Part shown: piece by piece, positions 60,419 to 64,000 of the stretch
How the letters are laid out: every line of letters starts with the position of its first letter
How positions within the stretch are numbered: the first letter of the stretch is position 1
Assembly (NCBI GenBank): GCA_965279515.1
Contig: CBDIID010000003.1
Coordinates: forward strand, 2,048,001-2,112,000
Direction: 5' to 3'
From: Turneriella sp.
GTDB lineage: Bacteria > Spirochaetota > Leptospiria > Turneriellales > Turneriellaceae
Length of the DNA: 64,000 bases
Made by a program: the position numbers and the translations under genes
The notes under the pieces: generated by a model
What the model saw: the letters and a program-made list of their open reading frames with translations, nothing else
Database searches by the model: none
Told to the model about the DNA's origin: nothing

Positions 60419-63400
60419 ATGGAAGTTTTTGGGCGCGGCAGGCGAGTCTTTCGCCCCGTTTTTACGGGGTTTATTATTGTCACATTTGCCGCGTCGTGTT
60501 CCTTCCTTAAACTAGACAAAGATAAGAACTGCCTGAACGAGACCTCGGGCTGTTTTAAGCCTGATAAGACCCCACCTAAACTTGCCCAGGCAATTCCAGA
60601 CCCGGCGCAGAACGTCAACGCGCTGCCAACAGTAGACCTGGTCTTCTCCGAAGAGCCCAAAGACGGTGATAACATCAATAACTACACGCTTGATAAATCA
60701 GGGGGGGCCGTTAACATGCAGCTGCTCTCCGTCGAGAAGGTGAACAGCAACACCTATCGATTGCGCTTTGGTGGATCCGTCAACAACGGCCCCATTACCA
60801 TTGGCTTTGCGGCACTCCGGGACTATGGCGGCAATTCGATGAGCAATCCGGCCATGGTTACCTATACAGGTAACGTTACGATGAGTGTCGATATCACCGT
60901 CGACGGCGACCGCAAAGGTGTCAGCCCAGCAGGCTACCCTAACGTGGTCATGCACTTCAAGCATAACTATTACACCGATGCCAGCAATAACTGGGATATC
61001 CGCTCTGTATCAGGCTCTGTCGCCGATTGTGCACTGGGCACGTCGATCAACAGCGGAACGGGGCTGCCAAACTCACAGACTATCGATCAGACAATTTTGC
61101 AGGCCTCATTCGCGAACGGACAGAACATGATCGTGGTCTGTGTGAAAAATACCGTGAATCCCGCGGCGCAAGCGGTTGGCTACTGGCCGATACTTAAACC
61201 CACAGCTACGTTTACGTGGAATATTACTCCACCCAATGATAGCAGTTTCCGCGACCCCGTTGCCGTCAGCGTCACATGCGGCCCGAATAAAGACAAGATA
61301 ATTATGCGGTCCGCCGTGCAGCAAAACACGAATCCCGCAGACCCTAACCCGCTGCCTTCTTTCAATGCCGACGGCTCCATCAATAACGGTTCGCTTTATG
61401 CCGCGGGACTCATGGCAGAAAATCCCGCAAATCCCACACACAGCAAATTCAGTTTCAGTTGCATCGACATCGCGGGCAGAATAAGCACGCCCCCTTTGGC
61501 TGCTTATCATTATTATATCGACAATACGATACCGGCCGTGAACATGCTGCCCGACCCCAACTATCACGATTTCATTTCATCGGTCGTGGGCTCTTTTAAC
61601 ACCACGACGCTGAAATTCAGCACAGACCAAACGAGCAAAACTTATAACATAAGGAAGGGCGGAACTACCTGCGACTTGGGTGGTGACGGCACACTCATTA
61701 CCTCCGGAACCACAGACCCCACTCCGGGAAATCCAACATCGGTCATACTCGATACCAGTACCGCAAACCATTTCACCACTGCGAACACCACGTACGATGT
61801 GCGTGTCTGCATTGCTGGCACGGGTGTTTCATGGGGCATGGCCTACCTGCAAATTACGCGCGATGACAATGTGCCGACGATTACGCCTAACATCGTCGGT
61901 GGCTCGTACGGGGTCATACAGAGTGTTCTTTTCACATGTACTGATAACCAGAGTATCATGGGTTATGAAAGTACGGAACTGGCAGGCTCCACAGCCCCTG
62001 TCGCACCCTCCGGCCCTGTTTATTCGGGAGGCACTTTTCCGTTGCCGGGTAAGGAATTCACTGGAACATTTACGCCGACGGATGCCAGCACGACCATTAT
62101 CCGTTATATGTGCGTCGACAAAGCCAACAATAAATCCACGATTGGCCAGCAGCAATACAGAGTTGATTCAACCCTGCCGAATGTTAACCTTGTCAGCAAT
62201 GAGCGCACCTCGCTCAGCGGTAACGCGGGTGCATACGCAACGTCGCAGCTCATTTGGAACTCGACAAGAGGATCGCTCCCCTATGAGATCCGGCGTTCCG
62301 GTAACTGCAATGGCGGTCCTGCCGGCGATGCGGCGAACACCATTCTCTCCGGTACGACCCCGGTATCCGTAAGCGGGGTTTATCCCAATGTCATCTCTAC
62401 GCTGACGGCGGCAATGTTTCCCACAAATGCGGTAACCTATAACCTGAAGATATGTGTTTTCAATTACCTCGGTACGCCCAGCTATCAGCCCACAGCGCTC
62501 TCTGTACTCCGGGATGATGGCTATCCAACCTTCGCAGGGCTTACTGCGATCGCATCGACCGGTGGGGCAAATTTCACCGTGAGCTGGAATGCCGCTACGG
62601 ATGCAAACTCCGGACCTGCCTTTTACAACATCTACATAGCCACCGCTCCGGGAGGACCATACAATACTGTCAGTTATACCGCAGCGCATCCCGCCACGAG
62701 CATCAATATCACGGTACCGAATCCAGCGCAGACATACTATCTCATCGCCGGAGCCGTGGATATCGCCGGCAACGAAACCAAGGTCACCGCAGCAGAACTT
62801 TCGTCAAAACCCACCATCACCCTCGTCGTTGCGGGACTCGATACCGCAAACAGCAAGACATTCAGCCTGACCGACGGCAGCGCCTCCCAAACCATTACCA
62901 CAAATGCAACGAGCACATGGGCAACGACGCTCGGCATGAATGCGACCTATAACTTTCAGATTACCGCGCAACCTGTCGGCCAGGTCTGCGGCATAAGACA
63001 AAAACAATTCGGTGCATTGGTTTCTGACCTCACTGTCAACGTCGACTGCACGAACGGCCAGATGGTCGCCGGCCGTTTCCAGCAGGTAAAAGCTTCGAAT
63101 GTCAGCTACATGCTTTACCGCGCATCGAGTACGGCGCTAGCCTCGTCGCAGACCAACCCTACATCACTGATCTATGCCGCGGGTTATATCTTTTACGGAA
63201 ACTACGCCGACTGCGATGGCGGCACTCCGGGAAATCAGTATTGCCTTTTCAAAGTTCCTGCAACATCGGGCTCCGTGGCGACGCATGTTACAGGGATAAC
63301 GGCACCGGTACGCGGTGTAACTACCGACGGCACGAGTATTTATTACAGTGTCGAATCACCCAACAATGGAATATACAAAGTCCCTATCGCAGGCGGAACT

Positions 63401-64000
63401 TCTACCTTGCTGACAAATGCGATCACTTCACCATATGGCATCGCCACGGACGGCAATTATCTCTATGTCTGTGGGGCCGGTGCTCTGACGATTCGCCGCA
63501 TTGACCTTGCTACCGGAACAATCGCAGATATCGCGGGTCCATTGGCAAATTATCCGCTGGGTATCGAAGTCGTCGGCACCGATCTTTATTTTACCACATG
63601 GGGTACGCACGCGATCTACAAGGTGCCCAAATCAGGCGGATCACCCACGGTGGTCTTTGGCAGCTCCGGAACTTCGGGCATGCAGGACGGCAATGGAACC
63701 GGCGCACTCTTAAATCAGCCGCACGACCTTGTCTACGACGGCGTCGATAACCTGTACTTCGCAGAGTACGGCGGCAACCGCATGAAAAAGGCCAAACTCT
63801 CGACGGGCAGGGTGATTACACTTTTAGGCGATGGCTCGGCAGCCTTCTCGCTGGGCGGAGGCGCCTCCGCCAAGGTGCAAAATCCCGTTGGCATCACCAG
63901 CGACGGCAAACGTATCTTTCTGAGTAACCATAACGCCGGTTCGAGCGTGGTGCGTATCGCCGATCAAAATAATGTCGGCTACTGGCCACTCAATGCCCAG
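60419..64000 (+). CDS. Large surface lipoprotein (Ig-like, FN3, NHL repeats, start of LamG-like domain), 3'-truncated; absent from the ORF track
   Basis: ATG 60419 gives MEVFGRGRRVFRPVFTGFIIVTFAAS-C. Spot translations give DKTPP..FSEE..RDYGGN, PTFAGL..VSWNAATD, GMQDGNGTGALLNQP and VGYWPLN. The track lists no closed ORF in this frame, consistent with it staying open to the edge. Confidence 0.85.
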   Translation, partial: MEVFGRGRRVFRPVFTGFIIVTFAASCSFLKLDKDKNCLNETSGCFKPDKTPPKLAQAIPDPAQNVNALPTVDLVFSEEPKDGDNINNYTLDKSGGAVNMQLLSVEKVNSNTYRLRFGGSVNNGPITIGFAALRDYGGNSMSNPAMVTYTGNVTMSVDITVDGDRKGVSPAGYPNVVMHFKHNYYTDASNNWDIRSVSGSVADCALGTSINSGTGLPNSQTIDQTILQASFANGQNMIVVCVKNTVNPAAQAVGYWPILKPTATFTWNITPPNDSSFRDPVAVSVTCGPNKDKIIMRSAVQQNTNPADPNPLPSFNADGSINNGSLYAAGLMAENPANPTHSKFSFSCIDIAGRISTPPLAAYHYYIDNTIPAVNMLPDPNYHDFISSVVGSFNTTTLKFSTDQTSKTYNIRKGGTTCDLGGDGTLITSGTTDPTPGNPTSVILDTSTANHFTTANTTYDVRVCIAGTGVSWGMAYLQITRDDNVPTITPNIVGGSYGVIQSVLFTCTDNQSIMGYESTELAGSTAPVAPSGPVYSGGTFPLPGKEFTGTFTPTDASTTIIRYMCVDKANNKSTIGQQQYRVDSTLPNVNLVSNERTSLSGNAGAYATSQLIWNSTRGSLPYEIRRSGNCNGGPAGDAANTILSGTTPVSVSGVYPNVISTLTAAMFPTNAVTYNLKICVFNYLGTPSYQPTALSVLRDDGYPTFAGLTAIASTGGANFTVSWNAATDANSGPAFYNIYIATAPGGPYNTVSYTAAHPATSINITVPNPAQTYYLIAGAVDIAGNETKVTAAELSSKPTITLVVAGLDTANSKTFSLTDGSASQTITTNATSTWATTLGMNATYNFQITAQPVGQVCGIRQKQFGALVSDLTVNVDCTNGQMVAGRFQQVKASNVSYMLYRASSTALASSQTNPTSLIYAAGYIFYGNYADCDGGTPGNQYCLFKVPATSGSVATHVTGITAPVRGVTTDGTSIYYSVESPNNGIYKVPIAGGTSTLLTNAITSPYGIATDGNYLYVCGAGALTIRRIDLATGTIADIAGPLANYPLGIEVVGTDLYFTTWGTHAIYKVPKSGGSPTVVFGSSGTSGMQDGNGTGALLNQPHDLVYDGVDNLYFAEYGGNRMKKAKLSTGRVITLLGDGSAAFSLGGGASAKVQNPVGITSDGKRIFLSNHNAGSSVVRIADQNNVGYWPLNAQ

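Noticed and set aside
60409..63713. Many short track ORFs suggesting a gene-poor or decayed region
   Set aside because: All are shadows of the single long plus-strand frame starting at 60419.

Overview
A gene-dense bacterial chromosomal segment of moderate GC. The gene mix (many lipoproteins, SBBP/NHL/Ig surface proteins, a bactofilin, Leptospira-type hypotheticals) suggests a Leptospiraceae spirochete, Turneriella-like; this is inference only. Housekeeping genes include glpD, recJ, lon, dusA, murF, rmlACDB, ccmC, mtnA, lysS, hisZ and glyS. Accessory content includes two tandem serine hydrolases with phoD and a class D beta-lactamase, a czcC-czcA pair lacking its adaptor, and a lipid-catabolism neighbourhood (FGGY kinase plus sphingosine-1-phosphate lyase, a NAPE-PLD-like hydrolase, a lipase plus probable foldase). 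Two genes are missing from the ORF track: a small toxin-like gene at 858-1106 with no canonical start, coupled to an immunity-like gene, and a >1190-aa surface lipoprotein running off the right edge. Other highlights: a signal-peptide-bearing dikinase with glucan-water-dikinase domain order, a recurrent TTWACR-N17-GnnnTG motif 5-7 nt upstream of start codons, and a REP-like doublet. I saw no rRNA, tRNA, CRISPR array, transposase or integrase. All family calls come from motif recognition, not database searches.
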